DNA of 63,789 nt, counting the filler, from Hyphochytrium catenoides (lineage: Eukaryota; Protista; Hyphochytriomycota): NCBI GenBank assembly GCA_900088475.1. It is 6 parts of 6 records of this genome, joined end to end, with 100 filler letters (N's around TTAATTAATTAA, not from the genome) between each part and the next. Parts side by side here need not be neighbours in the genome. Positions count along the whole stretch, not along the records: positions 1 to 24,620 come from FLMG01000213.1; positions 24,721 to 48,261 come from FLMG01002887.1; 4 more parts are not named here. The stretch is one strand, 5' to 3'. The translations under genes and the position numbers were made by a program. The notes under the pieces were generated by a model, which saw nothing but the letters and a program-made list of their open reading frames with translations, was not told where the DNA came from and did not search any database. Every line of letters begins with the position of its first letter. Within the stretch, counting starts at the first letter, position 1. This document shows positions 14,401-26,899 of the stretch, one piece after another.

Positions 14401-17400
14401 CGTTCTGTTATCTGAACTTTCATTACCATCTGCCTCGCTGATTGTCTTGATGCCTTCACACAGACACTGAAGAATCGTAGCACACACTTGTTTCTGCTCA
14501 CCTTCTCCTCCACTTCGCTCATCTTCTCCTCCTCTTTGGCGCTCGGTCCCTGGTCTCCTGTCCCTGACTTTTGCGGTGGGTCGCACTATGGACTCCAGAC
14601 TCCAGTAGCGTATATCGAAGTCTCCAGATCCTCTACCACCGCTTAAAACGAACGACAGCGAAGGGTAAAATGCTAGAATAGGATCTCTCTGCTTGTGCCC
14701 CAGACAGCGTGTTAGAACTCTCCCAGTCCTGGTAGAGAAGACATACACCAGAGGGTCATCAGCTACGGTTCCAAAAAGCAGCTTTGCCTTTCTGATGAAG
14801 CAGAAGTCTCGCAGGTAGCTTGTGGGTGAAGCTATGGCCAAGTCGTCTGCTATCGTTTCCTGTAACCATGCCAATCTTTCGCTCCTGGGTGTCTGTAGCA
14901 GTTTTCTGACCGTAGCTGGGCTGAAGAGAGAACCACGTGCTGAAGACCGTGCAGGTGCCCGCTTACTTGAGGTTTGAATGGTGCTTAAGTGTAGCGTGTA
15001 GCGTTCGCAGGTTAGGAGGCCCTGGTTTCCATCTCGCACAATGACCGAGCTGTCTGCCGCCGTTGTATTCACTACGATATCCTTCCTGCCCCGTGCCTCT
15101 ACAGCTCCTGTTTCTTCTACCAGGCTTAGCAGACGGCTGCCTTTCGCTTGTGCCACCAGCAAGGAACCCAACATTCGAGAGACTTCGGCAAGGTCTTCGC
15201 TATCGTATCTTTCTAGCAAGTGCCATAGGTCTTGTAGGTCTTCATCCCATGCTGGCCCTGCACTACTATTGACACGGAAATCTTGGCATTTCCTCCTGCC
15301 GATCAAGGATGACGAAAGAGGATCCAGGGCCTGAACATCTCCCTCTAATTCTTGAAGGACATTATTCCAAACCAGAAGGCGGCCATCTCCGAGAAGAAGA
15401 AAGAGGTGGCTACACGATGCATCGGCAACTGCCTCGACCACTTTGTTAGAATAGAACCTGCCACATTCTGGTGAGATATTGGCCAGCGGGATCCGTAAGA
15501 GAGGAGATGAAGCTTGCTGCCAAGAAGGCTCTGACTCCATAACTGCATGTAAAGGATTCTCCATCGCAGCCACAACCTCACTCCATAGAACGCTGTTGCT
15601 GGAATCGTGTTTCTCGGACATAAGGTACCTTGTCATGTGAGCCATGAGGGTTTCGCCGGCCCGTGTGTGTCCAACTGATGGTCCACCAGAATCATCCCGC
15701 GGATGGGGCCCCAGCTGCAAAAGCGTCTTTAGGCTATTGTGTTGCGACAACGCCTGCAATAGCTGTAGACGGTCGATAGGTTTATCTACAGGTGAAGGAG
15801 TGGATGGCGTTGCTTCCTTGCTCTTCCTTCGCGATAACAGCTGTTGCCAGGGCACAGAAGGAAGGGACTGAACGAGATGCCACATAAGCCGCTTGCAGAG
15901 GAATAGCCGCCCTGCAGCCAGTGAACGCATTGTCTCCGGTTCTTTGAACTCTGCAATTAGCATTGTTGGTGAGGCTTCTAAATTGAGACATACATCGTTG
16001 TCGAATAGCGAAGATCACGGATTCAGACTGCCACAGCACAACGGTAGAAAGGCGGACGATATGCTATGGAAAGTCTCTGTAGTAAAGAGATCAGCTTTAG
16101 ATGAGAGAGGTTCGCACCTTCTGCTCCACCTTTTAATGGTAGATGATGGCTCAGCAGTAGTAATGCATACTCGATCCGCAGGTGGACGAACTCAGTGAAG
16201 GAGAAGCTGGACTTAACTCCTGTTCTGCTGGAAATGGTTGACATATCTTGCTCCAACGGAGCAAAGCCATCCATGTAAAAGAAGACGCGCTTTATCTCAG
16301 TGGTGGAGATTTGACCATTTTCGTCTACATTTCCTAGCAGGAAGGATGCAAACAATTCCCGAACCACCCCTTGTGGATCGCTGTCACAGGGTAGTAGCTG
16401 AGTTATGAGGACTGAGGCAGAGTTTTCCAGAGCTAGTAGTTCCTCCTTAGAAAAGCCACCTCCAATGCCCCTGGCTTTATATATAGTTTCAGTCCAGAGC
16501 AATTCTCCCTCTAACTTCATTACACTATTGCTCTCCCCTTTTCTGCAACTGTTAATTACATCAAGCAAGCGCAGAGCCCTTCCTCCCTTCACTGGAGACA
16601 GCACGGGGTTGGTGCGGAGAGCAGCTCCACCGATGCCTGAAGAGTCGGTCTTCATCTCTGATAAAAGACGTTGACTGTCCGCAAACCAGTATCCACCTCC
16701 TGCTCCATCTTCTGTTCCTCTCCATCGTCGATCTCCTGCTTTCGAGAGAGAGAAAGGCTGCCACCCGTAGAAGAACCGGCGCAACAACACGATGATCGGG
16801 CTTCCAAGCAGGTACTGCGAGAAGAAAAGATGTCATGACATGCCCGGTAACAGCGAAACGAAGACGAGAAGATGCTAAGAAGAGTGACCAAACCCAGGCC
16901 CTGCGATGGGTCTGTGAAGCGAGCAAATTCTCCGAGCAAAGTCAGGTTAAGGCTGGAAACGAGGAAGCACAGAGCGGTTCTCCTATACAGATTACCTGCG
17001 ACACATCGTCCCTCTCAACCATTATGCCTGAGGTCAACGAGGGAGAAAGAAAAAAGCCTAGAGGTCTCTGACTGGATGTGCCACATGAACCAAGTAGATG
17101 CCAGGAGACGGATTCTTGGCGCAAGTATCTCTTCTCAAAAGCCGTCTGTACTAGTCGAGAGCCGATTACAGCTTCCCCTTGTTCTGCAGCGTCTGCTATG
17201 ATCTCATTGAGTAACTTTCGCACGTAATGTGGGACACTTCCCTGATGACTTGCGACTGTTACCGACGTATTACAGGATAGGAAAAGCACCTCATCCATAG
17301 GGAAGGAGCGCCGAAGAGGCCTATCGACGGTGAACTCAAGACATAAAGGGTTCTGGGAGGTGACCTTTACGTTTTTGATACTCCGGGCTTCGAGACGTGC

Positions 17401-20400
17401 ACCGAAGGGAAATGAGAGCGAGGAGCCTACTAGCATTTCGGGTTTTAGTCTTTCCGTTTCTCCCATGAAGAGAGAAGAGGCTGAAGGGATCTTGACACCG
17501 AAGGTGAGGACGCCAGCCTCAGCAGAAGCTAGTAAGGAACACTTCACAGACTCGTCTTCTCCTTGCTTCCTGTCTGCTGTTTCCGCCCGTGGCCTGCCCA
17601 ATAGATCTACTGCCGATGCTTGATTTTTCTGCCCAGTGCTGGTAGAACGGCTACGTGCAGGACTCCTAGGTCGGCTTTCTTTCACCTCTTTTGCAAGGGG
17701 GTTCTGCATCACATCGTGGTCAGTAAAAGTTGAAGTAATAGAGACAAGCTTAATCGCAATTTCCCGTCCATGGAGCAAGTCGCCGTGGGATTAAAGCTTG
17801 AGAAAGGAATGCCGTGAAAGTGCGCCTAGGAGAGCTACCAGAGCTTGGAGGCACATCTACAATGGTGTACCTGCTTGCTGGTCAACCGAGCTTCGGGTCG
17901 TACAGATCTTAGCGCTCTTTCCCTAGTCTTCTTGATAATGGGGCGCTTGGTATTCTCGTTTGGTCCTTCTGTAGTCAATGTGCTCGGTGCCTCGCTAGTC
18001 TCCTCTTGAGAGTTGTGAGCTCCAACAGAGGCTATGCGTGTCTCCTTTTGAGCTGGAGGGTATTCTTTTGCTGCCTGGTCGGCTTTGGGGAGATCTGCAT
18101 TTCGGACTTTCTTTGGGCTCATTAATCTTTTTGCCTTGGTTACTTGTCTCTCTTGATTTTCTTGGTGCGAGAGAGAGGAGAGTCTAAAGCGCAGAAGAGA
18201 TACGCCTATCTCCAGCTCCCTGCAGCTTGCGAGTAGATAGTCCATGTCAAAGTCGGCTGGAAGGTATAAAGAGCAGTCCTACAAGGACGATCCAATTAGA
18301 AGTGTACCACCTCTCCATGATAAATTTTATAGGACGCTCGAGCTAAGATTCAGGAGGCGAATAGGGTGACAGCTTCACGGGAGTAACTCCGTACCTCGTC
18401 CTCCCGGAAGCCGATTGCAATAAGCAGCTTCACTGCGCCAATGGAACCCAAAATCTTATCCGAACTGTAAACGCGAGAGAGTCCAGATATGTTGACATCG
18501 GGCCGACTCGAAGTCAGAACTCGTCCCAAATGACTGATAATTGTCTCATGCAGAACAAGCAGCCTCTTGAGCTCCTCAGAGCTCCCTAAGGAGAAGGTTA
18601 GCAGGTTTGCCAATGGACACTTTCTGATGGCATATAGCCCGAGAAAAAGAGGAAGGATGGGCATTCGAGAGGTGAGCGATAGCTAGGCACACTTCATACC
18701 TGGCAATCTCATGTAGTATGCGGCACAGGCTGCCATGAAGGAGACATCCGGGTGCTGCTCAAGTACTGTGCAATGTAGTCTCAGCAGTCTCCTGGCCTTC
18801 TCCAAGCGTTCTCCTATTTCCTCAGGGAAGCTCTTGTTCTCCAAAGTCGGCAATTCTAACTTCATGGCCCTGATCTCTCCGTCTTCACCCACCTCCTTCT
18901 TGAAGCCGCAAGCGTGGAACACTTCAAAGACTAATCAAGGATATAACGGCAGCGACCATTCCTCAACAACTGTGCGCTCCCCTACGTTCGCATTAGCTTA
19001 CCTCCCTGCACGTTCATTTGGAGGTCTCGCTCGGGAGGCTCCTCTATGGGAATCCGTCTGAAGGACACAGTTCTTGGAGCAGAAAGCAGAAGTTCGATGC
19101 GACCACAGGCTTCTTTGAGGGCTACGATCGCTTGGGATCGTGGATTATGTCTTTTTATATTCCCAAGCGCCGAAAGGATTGGACCGTGATCCTCGGCTCC
19201 TATTGGCTCTGATCCTCTGGCTCCTGGGTGGATATCGTTAGAAGCTACTATCCAATGTTTGCCGTGGGGCGAACTTAGCTGACCGATCGCGCACTGGATG
19301 ACAGGTTCAAAGTACTTTACGAACTCCTGCCAGGAAATCGATCCGTCGCGATTGCTGTCCCGCTCAAGAATCCATTGCTTAACAGCCCTATAACGTGCCG
19401 GGTTGGGAAAGTCAGCAGGCTGTGCTCTTTACGGTGATGGCCTTCTGGAGCTCATCCCCCTTTCACCTCTACCATCACGCTGAGCAGCACTTACCTATGG
19501 CTGCTATCTAATCCGCGCTCTCTGAACGCATCTTGTACATCTTGGGCACTTAGTAAGCCGGTTTTGCTCTTGTCAAGATGATCAAATGCCCGCTGCAATA
19601 CCTCCAGTTGCCTTTGATGTATTGAGAGCAAGGCCTCTTCTGATGGAGTAGAAGAGGGGGCCTTTTCCTCCTTTGAGTACCCTTTGGTATCAGCTCTTGG
19701 CATGCTAGAAGAAGATTTGCTCCTATTAGGGCTTGTCCTCCCTAAGGCATTGGTGGCTTCATAGCCAGCTATTCTGGCATCCTGTCCTTTTAAACCTTTC
19801 TCCTTTGGTTGTTTCGTTCTCAGATGGGTTACCGGGACGTCTAGATTCCTCTTCTCGCTATCCAACGATGTAATGATTTCCTCTAGGTCTGTCTTCGCTC
19901 GATGTAATATGTTTAAAGTTTGCGGGGGAAGGACAAATCCTGGAGAAGGTACTTGGAGAAGACAAAGTTAGTGCAAACAGCATTTTGTCACGTACATAAA
20001 GGGTGTCTATAAATGCGACATGCCCTTCTCAGTCTGACAGGGGAGAACATTAGGACGAAAAGGAAAAGCAGTCAAGAAGCAGAATGCCTAAATAGAGGAG
20101 GTCAGGCTCTTCCAACCATTATTCACGGCATCCAATGGCACATTCTTCAGCACGAACAGGTCTGCCTCCTTGTAATAGACGAACCCCACTGCCGTCATCA
20201 GGGATATCTTATCAATCTCTTCGAAGCCTCCAATCTTGTTCTGGAAGACGGGATTTTTCTGCAGAAAGGGAGAGTGCAATCCCGATGAGAATGCAACACC
20301 TCAACGGTACATTACAAGTTCTCGATGACAGTACTATGGGATGCACATCTGTGTTCTATAACGTACTACGACAGAGAGAGTAAGGAGACATGAGACCGAA

Positions 20401-23400
20401 TGACATGCAATAAGAAGAATCTAGGAAATGTTGAGCGCGAGAGCGGCCAAAGCTAAATGAAGTCTAGACCCCAAGATGCTTGACGACTTTTACCCCTTTA
20501 ATTCTCCAAAGACGCGGATGACCGGGCTGGTTGAGGACGTTCGTGACGGAGTTGAGTAGAAGACGTAGAGCATCCAGCACATCCATACTTTCCCGCCCAC
20601 GGCCTTTCAGGTCTTGCACTACCTCAAATAGGCTAGGCATGGAGTTGAGTGCACTCAATTCCTTCTCAATTTCTTTGACACGCGAAGAGAGGATCTAGCA
20701 GATGAGATTAAGGAAGTTGTGGCCCCAATAGATTAATGTTGCTGATTCTTACAAGCTACGCTACGTGGCATAGTTGTACCTTGTTGATCTCGTCCGGAAG
20801 TGTTGCCAGAGGCTGGTAGCGCTCTTCCAGCCCCTCTGGAGATTCATCTCCCTTTAGGAAAAAAGCTCCCTCAAGGCCCATGCGGCTTTTGCCTGGTTCA
20901 CGGAGATCCCTAAAGCCGACAGCAGCCAACAATTCCTTCCCCCCTTTTAAACATCACATATCAGTGGAGGTGGTCTTAACGGGTATAACCAATCAGAATA
21001 GTGGCTTTCCTGCGTTCGAATGCTTCATATTCTTCTTACCTCTGTATTGGATTAACTGAGCGAAGATATCTTCGTCCTCCAGATCAATTATCACATTCTG
21101 GGCGTCCTGCCGTTCCTGAATTTTTCGACAGAGATTGACAACTTTCTGCGCGCACTCTCTCACACCGTGTGGTGGTGCATGCGAGCGGAGCAGAGAAAAG
21201 GCAGAAGATACAGATGGAAGGTCACTGTCTTCGTAAAAGATGGAATTGAAAGAGGAAAGGAGCTCAGGGAGACTTATTCTTGGACTCTGTTCTTGCAAAT
21301 GCTTCAGTTCGGCCTAATACGTAGACCATACGGGGGGTGAGTAGGGCCTTACACTATGCGGGTGCTATAGCGTGATGGACGACACTTGCATGATCACTGC
21401 GATAAAACCGTAGTACTCAATAGATTCGCATGAAGGACAGACCATGAAGGAAAACAGTGCAAAAAGAAGAGTTCACACTAGCGTTTGGTTTTCATTTTTG
21501 CAGGCCGACTTCGGCTTAGCAGAACACCATACGAGGACGAATGAGAGCTTTCACTGAAAAATGAAGGTAATCCGGTAAGTCACCTCATAGCTCTTCGGGT
21601 CCCTGTTAAGAATCCTTAACCATTCAGCGACTTGCCCAGTCGATATATCTCCATTCTCTTCGCTGTCAATGGAGTCAAATGCCTCCCTAGCCCTCTTAAG
21701 CAGTATCACCTGCTTGTAAGGTCTACCGGCTAGACATGCAGGAGAGGGCCACGAGAGGTTCGTGGTAAATTGACGATGTGAGAGGGCAATCTCAAGAAAG
21801 TTAGTATAATGCAGGACGGGCCAAACATTTTGAGCCATTAGACGAGTGAGAAGGATAGGTCTGAGATGGCTCTTACAGGACAGGCGCCTGATCAGCACAT
21901 CATGGGCTCTCTCGCTGCCTTCCCAATTTCCCTCTTTGGCGAAGATGGCAGCGGCTAAGCTGCCAATCGTGGTTTCCTGATGCAGGTACACGCTCTCCTG
22001 CCTTGGCTCCTTATTCTGGTGGCCACTGCCTCCCCTCCATATCTGTGGCACGAACAAGTAGTGAGCTGTTGCAGGTGCACCGCACAAGGGGTAGCAAGAA
22101 ACGATCAAATAAGCACCGAATCAGAGGAAGATATTGGGTACGAAAAATAACAGGGTAATTGAGCTCTACGACGCAACTTGGAAAATACAGGCTAGAAAAG
22201 ACAGGATTGTAAGAGCTACCATGTTGTGGTAAGGCTCCTTGCCGTGATCAGCTTCTCTCTCGTCAGCGTAGAGGGCGTGATACAACGCAAAAACCTCTCC
22301 TAGGCTGAGCGCGTCTACTCCGAATAAATCAGCTTCATCTAGGCATTCCTCCACTTGCGCCTTAGTGGCGAAGCAGTTCAGATCCTCAAAGGCCTTTACG
22401 AGAAGAGATACGGGTAACTTCCTTTCAGGGAGAGAACAGCGTTCCCTAAAGACTGCGCCGATGGCTTTAGCCTCAAGTCTGCCCAATCTTCGGCCCCAGT
22501 ACTGCACGATCTGGTCTTCCTCGTCGTTGGCAGCAAAGCGTCCCATCTTGGGCACTTCGTCCTTCTCTTCTCTCTTCCTATCCATCACCTGTATTCCAGT
22601 CTTTGAAAAAGATCAGGAGTCACAAAAGACACCCTCCCGACCTATTCAGTGAATGAAAGTTCTTACCCCCTTATCGTCTTTGTCGTCTCTACCATCCGAG
22701 GACGCTATGTTGAGCAGATCATCTCCTCTCCGCGCAACAATGTGCATCAAACACCTCAGATAGTCCTCGAAAGGAAGGTAGTCGTGGAATTTCTTCCCAT
22801 TCACTTGCAGCCATCTCCTGATGTCCTCTTCTGCCACAGCTATCCCCACAGACTTGAAACCCAAGCGGAACTTGGAAGCCATTGTTACTATTCTGGGACC
22901 TTGAAGAGTTTGCACCGTTCTGGCAACCGACAAAAAAGACTTTTCGAGTCTTTGCTTCTCACGCTCGCCGACTAAAAATGATAAGAGTGCTGGTAGAGGC
23001 TTAAAACCTGACCGCCGCTCTTCCAATTCCCTAGATGAGCGCACGTCCTTCACGGAGACGTCTTTACGAAGGATGATACGTGCGTATTCCACTAAGCACT
23101 TTGCATCTTCGATTTCGCTAAGTGAAGAAAAGTAAGGGTTTGGGGACAATGAAGGATCACAAATGCAGGAAAGGCTGCTCACTCTTTCTCTTGAATCTTA
23201 GCTTCTGCAGGTGGTGTTTGCAAAGGCCGTACGTACTTCTGTGGCACGTTGTCACAAACTTCGCCATCGTCGTAGCGTACCTACGGTAAGGAGGTTGATG
23301 AGTTGACGATACATAAGCAAGTACAAGGGTCACCGCGGGTTGCTCCCTACCGTGAAAGAACCGTCGCCATGCCTTGCAAGGACCGTCGCCATGTACCATG

Positions 23401-24620
23401 ATGGAACCGCCTTTGCCGCACCGATGGATATGCCACGTCTCCATCGTGCTTCCACCCTCTGCTCATCGCCTATGTCACGATCACTAGCGTAGTCATCACG
23501 CAAATCATTTCCTTTATCTAATTTGGCCTTCTTCTGCATTCCCTCTTTCGAGCCTCTCTCACTCTTCTCCTCTGCTGCGGGTACTTCAAGTTGCTTATAA
23601 TCTGCAACAAACTTTTGCCGACGTCCATCCTCAAATTCAACGTCAATGGTTCCATTGGGTCTACACTTGCGTACGAATGCCCGAGAGAAAGTCCCCTTGT
23701 CATCGTCCTTGGCTAAAACTGTATCACCCTCATCGAGCAGAGGACGACCTCCATCTACTCTCTCCTGTCTTCCCTCATCTACTTCTTTGTCAGACAAGAC
23801 GGTTGTCTTCAGACTTGGAACGGTATGCAGAAGGCTGCGGCGCACTCTCGTTTCTACGGCCCCATGCGCATACTTCACGTCATAAGTGCCATCACGATGA
23901 ACCTTGGTAATTGTTGCTCGAAAGAGTTCCGGTCGTTCTCTGTAATTCACATCGACCAGACTCCCAACCCCCAATGGTTCCTGAACCTTCTGTCCAAAGT
24001 CCTCTATACCTACATCGATATGGGCCTTATACATAGGACGAACTAACTCCGCCTTCACCTTCTTCTCTTTGTCACCATCCTCATACTCAATATCGTAGGT
24101 GCCATCAGTGTGGAGCTTGATCACCCTTCCCCGATACACTTTGGAACCACCCTTGTAATGGACTTCCACAGAAGCTCCTACTTCGATAGTGCCAATTCTG
24201 CTCTGGGTACTCTGGAACTCTGCCTCGGATAGATCACTAGCAGAAGCGGATACGGGATGTACAAATTCTGCATGTACTCTCACTTCCGTATCTCCATCGA
24301 GATACCTTACATCGTAGGTACCATCGGTATGAACCTTGGAAATTCTTGCCCTGTACAGCTTTGATTTTCTTCTGTAGTTGACATCGACAAGTGAACCGGC
24401 CTTTAGGGTTACCTCCCATTCTGTCTCCTTAGCACTCTTAGCTCCTGGCTCTTCAACACTGCCTGGTTCTGCAACCAGATGCACGTATTCTGGATTCACT
24501 CGACGCTCTGTGGTCCCATCCCGATACCTTACGTCGTAGGTGTCATCCAGATGAGCTTTAATGACCGTTCCACAATAGAGTTTCGATCGACCCTTATAGT
24601 TCACATCCACGGTAGAGCCA
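2424..24620 (-). CDS. Giant multi-exon multidomain protein (Agenet/Tudor repeats, EF-hands, PUB-like domains, WD40, pseudokinase, helical region, C-terminal EF-hand pair); 5' end truncated by contig end
   Basis: Consecutive minus-strand ORFs join in frame through GT-AG introns at every junction I tested. About six Agenet/Tudor repeats (GSxVDVNY..SKLY..I.KVH.DGTYDV.Y.DG..E.RV) at 23230-24610. EF-hand loops DSEENGDIS (~21660), DKSKTGLLS (~19570), DSNRDGSISWQEF (~19340), DENGQIS (~16320), DPEGNG (~14050), DADGDGLISLSDL (~2670), DKTGHGAVSFEDF (~2470). PUB-like motifs (LLNSVTNVLNQPGHPRLWRIK..NPVFQNKI..LMTAVGF). WD40 repeats (GHKQ..LSGG..DFDIRYW; GHSAALKSL..ILSVATDGKVCFWN). Kinase-like LRDLSPANILV at ~9550. 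Stop TAG at 2426-2424. Confidence 0.8.
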
Positions 24621-24720
24621 NNNNNNNNNNNNNNNNNNNNNNNNNNNNNNNNNNNNNNNNNNNNTTAATTAATTAANNNNNNNNNNNNNNNNNNNNNNNN
24701 NNNNNNNNNNNNNNNNNNNN
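24621..24720. other. Artificial contig spacer N44-TTAATTAATTAA-N44
   Basis: Six-frame stop linker at 24665-24676 flanked by Ns. Confidence 0.97.
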
Positions 24721-25967
24721 AGCACTGACAGTACCTTCCATACTGTCATCAACGGCTTCCTGCTTGGCATCGCAAGACTCTTGAAGGGAGGCTTCCACAT
24801 CCCAACCTGCGACCTTCCTGCTGACCATCACGCGGCGGTAGGCTCCCATCAGGGCCAAGACCAATAGTACGGACAAGACCACAAAGAACAGCACCATTGT
24901 TCCTAAATCTTCTGACCAAGTTGATCTCTCAAACGTTGGTTCTGTTGCTCGTTCGCTTTCTTAGGCACCAAGCAAGCACGTGAGCGAGACAAACACGGCG
25001 CGGCGTTCAAACGACTGCGAGTCAGACTTTCGAACTGTGAGAAGGAGTCCCCGTCGTGCCCTTCCGCTTGCCTTCGGTGGAGCTCTCCTCTTATTAGTAG
25101 CAGGCCATTCTTCTCCCGAGGTAAACGCGAGAAGCAGTGTACTTTCTCCAGCCAGTGCTCCTTTCTGTTCACCTTCCCTCCTCTTCTGCCCTTCTCCTCT
25201 ACCTCCTTCACCATCTTCTCTATCTCTTCTTCTCTTTTCTTCTCTACTATGGCCTTCGCTAACACAGATGCTGTCATGCACACTCTCTCTTTATAAGCTC
25301 GTGCTGCTCTTCCTTAATCTTCCTTCGCCCTCGTCGACAAACCCACTGACATCCGCAAACCCACAGCTGTCTCTCCTAGTCTCTGATACACCTACCCCTT
25401 TCATCTCCTTTCTTTGCCTAGTACGTCCTTTCGTATCTCTTGCAGCTTTCTCTGTCTCACCCCTTCTTCCTCATCTCACCCTCTCTGTCTCTCGTCTCTT
25501 TCTCCGATCTCCTCTCTCTCCCCTCTCCTCTCGCCCTTGCTCCTTGCTGCAGAAGAGATCATCATCATCTCTCAACCTGTAGCTGGTAGAACGGTAGTCG
25601 TAGTGGCTTCTTCCACCCGCCAGGGGAGGACAGTAGTAGGCCATACTTTGGTGGGACGGGATGGACGACGGGGTGGGATCGTGGATTTGTTCGAAAGGAT
25701 GTTCCTTCTCCCCGGCCTGTCTGTCCCCGTGTGTCCATGTCTCTCCTCCTTTGTTCTTATTATTCTGCGAGTAGTCTCTCACTCTGTCTCGCTCTCATTC
25801 TGTCTCGTGCGGTTGTCTCTCGCTGGCTTCGCACCCATGGCCTCGTCTTCGCAATATCAGACTTGGTAAAACGGTATCTTTGATGAGCGGGTTCTCTGTC
25901 AGGAACTCCTAGTGGGAGACAGAGAGAGTGGAAGTAAGAGACAGAGAGAGAGAGGGGGAGAGAGAGA

Positions 25968-26010
<43 letters not shown>

Positions 26011-26600
26011 GCGAGCGGGATGGTAAACAGTCAGCGAATGACGATGATCGTACATCTTCTTCTGGAACTCCCTAGGTTAAGGCCTTGAGTCGGTCACTCT
26101 GTCTCCCACCTTCCCCTCCTCGAAATTCAAAATCATTTCTCGCGCCTTTTTCAACCACGACCTTTGGTGAAAATAGTAGGTACCAGTATCAGATGGAAAG
26201 TAATAGAAAGATGGCGCTGAGACGGAAGTGGTAATACGAAGATTGTGCCCTTCCCTCCTTCCCTCCCTCCTGCCTTTCTCACTCCAACGCGTCCCGAAAC
26301 TAGAGCATAGAGCCACTACTTTCGGATTTTGTATCTGTATTGACTCTGTCTCTTGCATTTTCGTTCAGCAATAATGCGACATGGCCATCTCACCCAACTC
26401 TGGCTCCAAATGGGACGCCCAAAAAGAATAGCCCACATTGCCCCTATCCTTCTCACTGATCTCATCTGTCAAGCCAGAAAGTAGGTATCCTATTCACGAA
26501 ATTAGTAGGCTTTCGATTCCGTCTCACGATATTTACTGCGCATGATCACTTGGAATCCGAAATCCGTCACTTGCGCTGGGGAAGCTGAGGAAATAAATCT
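24721..26600 (-). CDS. Fragmentary multi-exon gene of unknown function with a hydrophobic (transmembrane) exon; 3' end truncated
   Basis: Exon-like segment at ~24733-24902 bounded by AG and GT encodes MVLFFVVLSVLLVLALMGAYRR. Other exon-like blocks lie at ~25580-25710, 25830-25900, 26110-26170 and 26400-26460. No family recognised. Confidence 0.3.
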
Positions 26601-26688
26601 CTGGCTTTTCTGTTCTCTCTCTCACGGGAGCGCCGGGGGACGCTTGATACAGACACGGCCGGGCCATGGCACCGCGCCGCCCCCGCCG

Positions 26689-26690
<2 letters not shown>

Positions 26691-26719
<29 letters not shown>
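26691..26719 (+). repeat. (CTG)n tract preceded by CCG repeats
   Basis: Seen directly. Confidence 0.9.
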
Positions 26720-26720
<1 letters not shown>

Positions 26721-26899
26721 CTTTACTATATTCTATCCACCGCCGCCCGGCTGTCCGCCGCCGTGATCCCTGGATGTCAGGCTATCCGAGGGCTGCTCTC
26801 ATGCCGTGATGGGAGATGGATGCTGCCGTAGAGCGAACCAGAGATGTTGGGGCCTGTCGAGGCTAATGACTCCTACTAGCTGTAACTCAGGCTGCTTCC

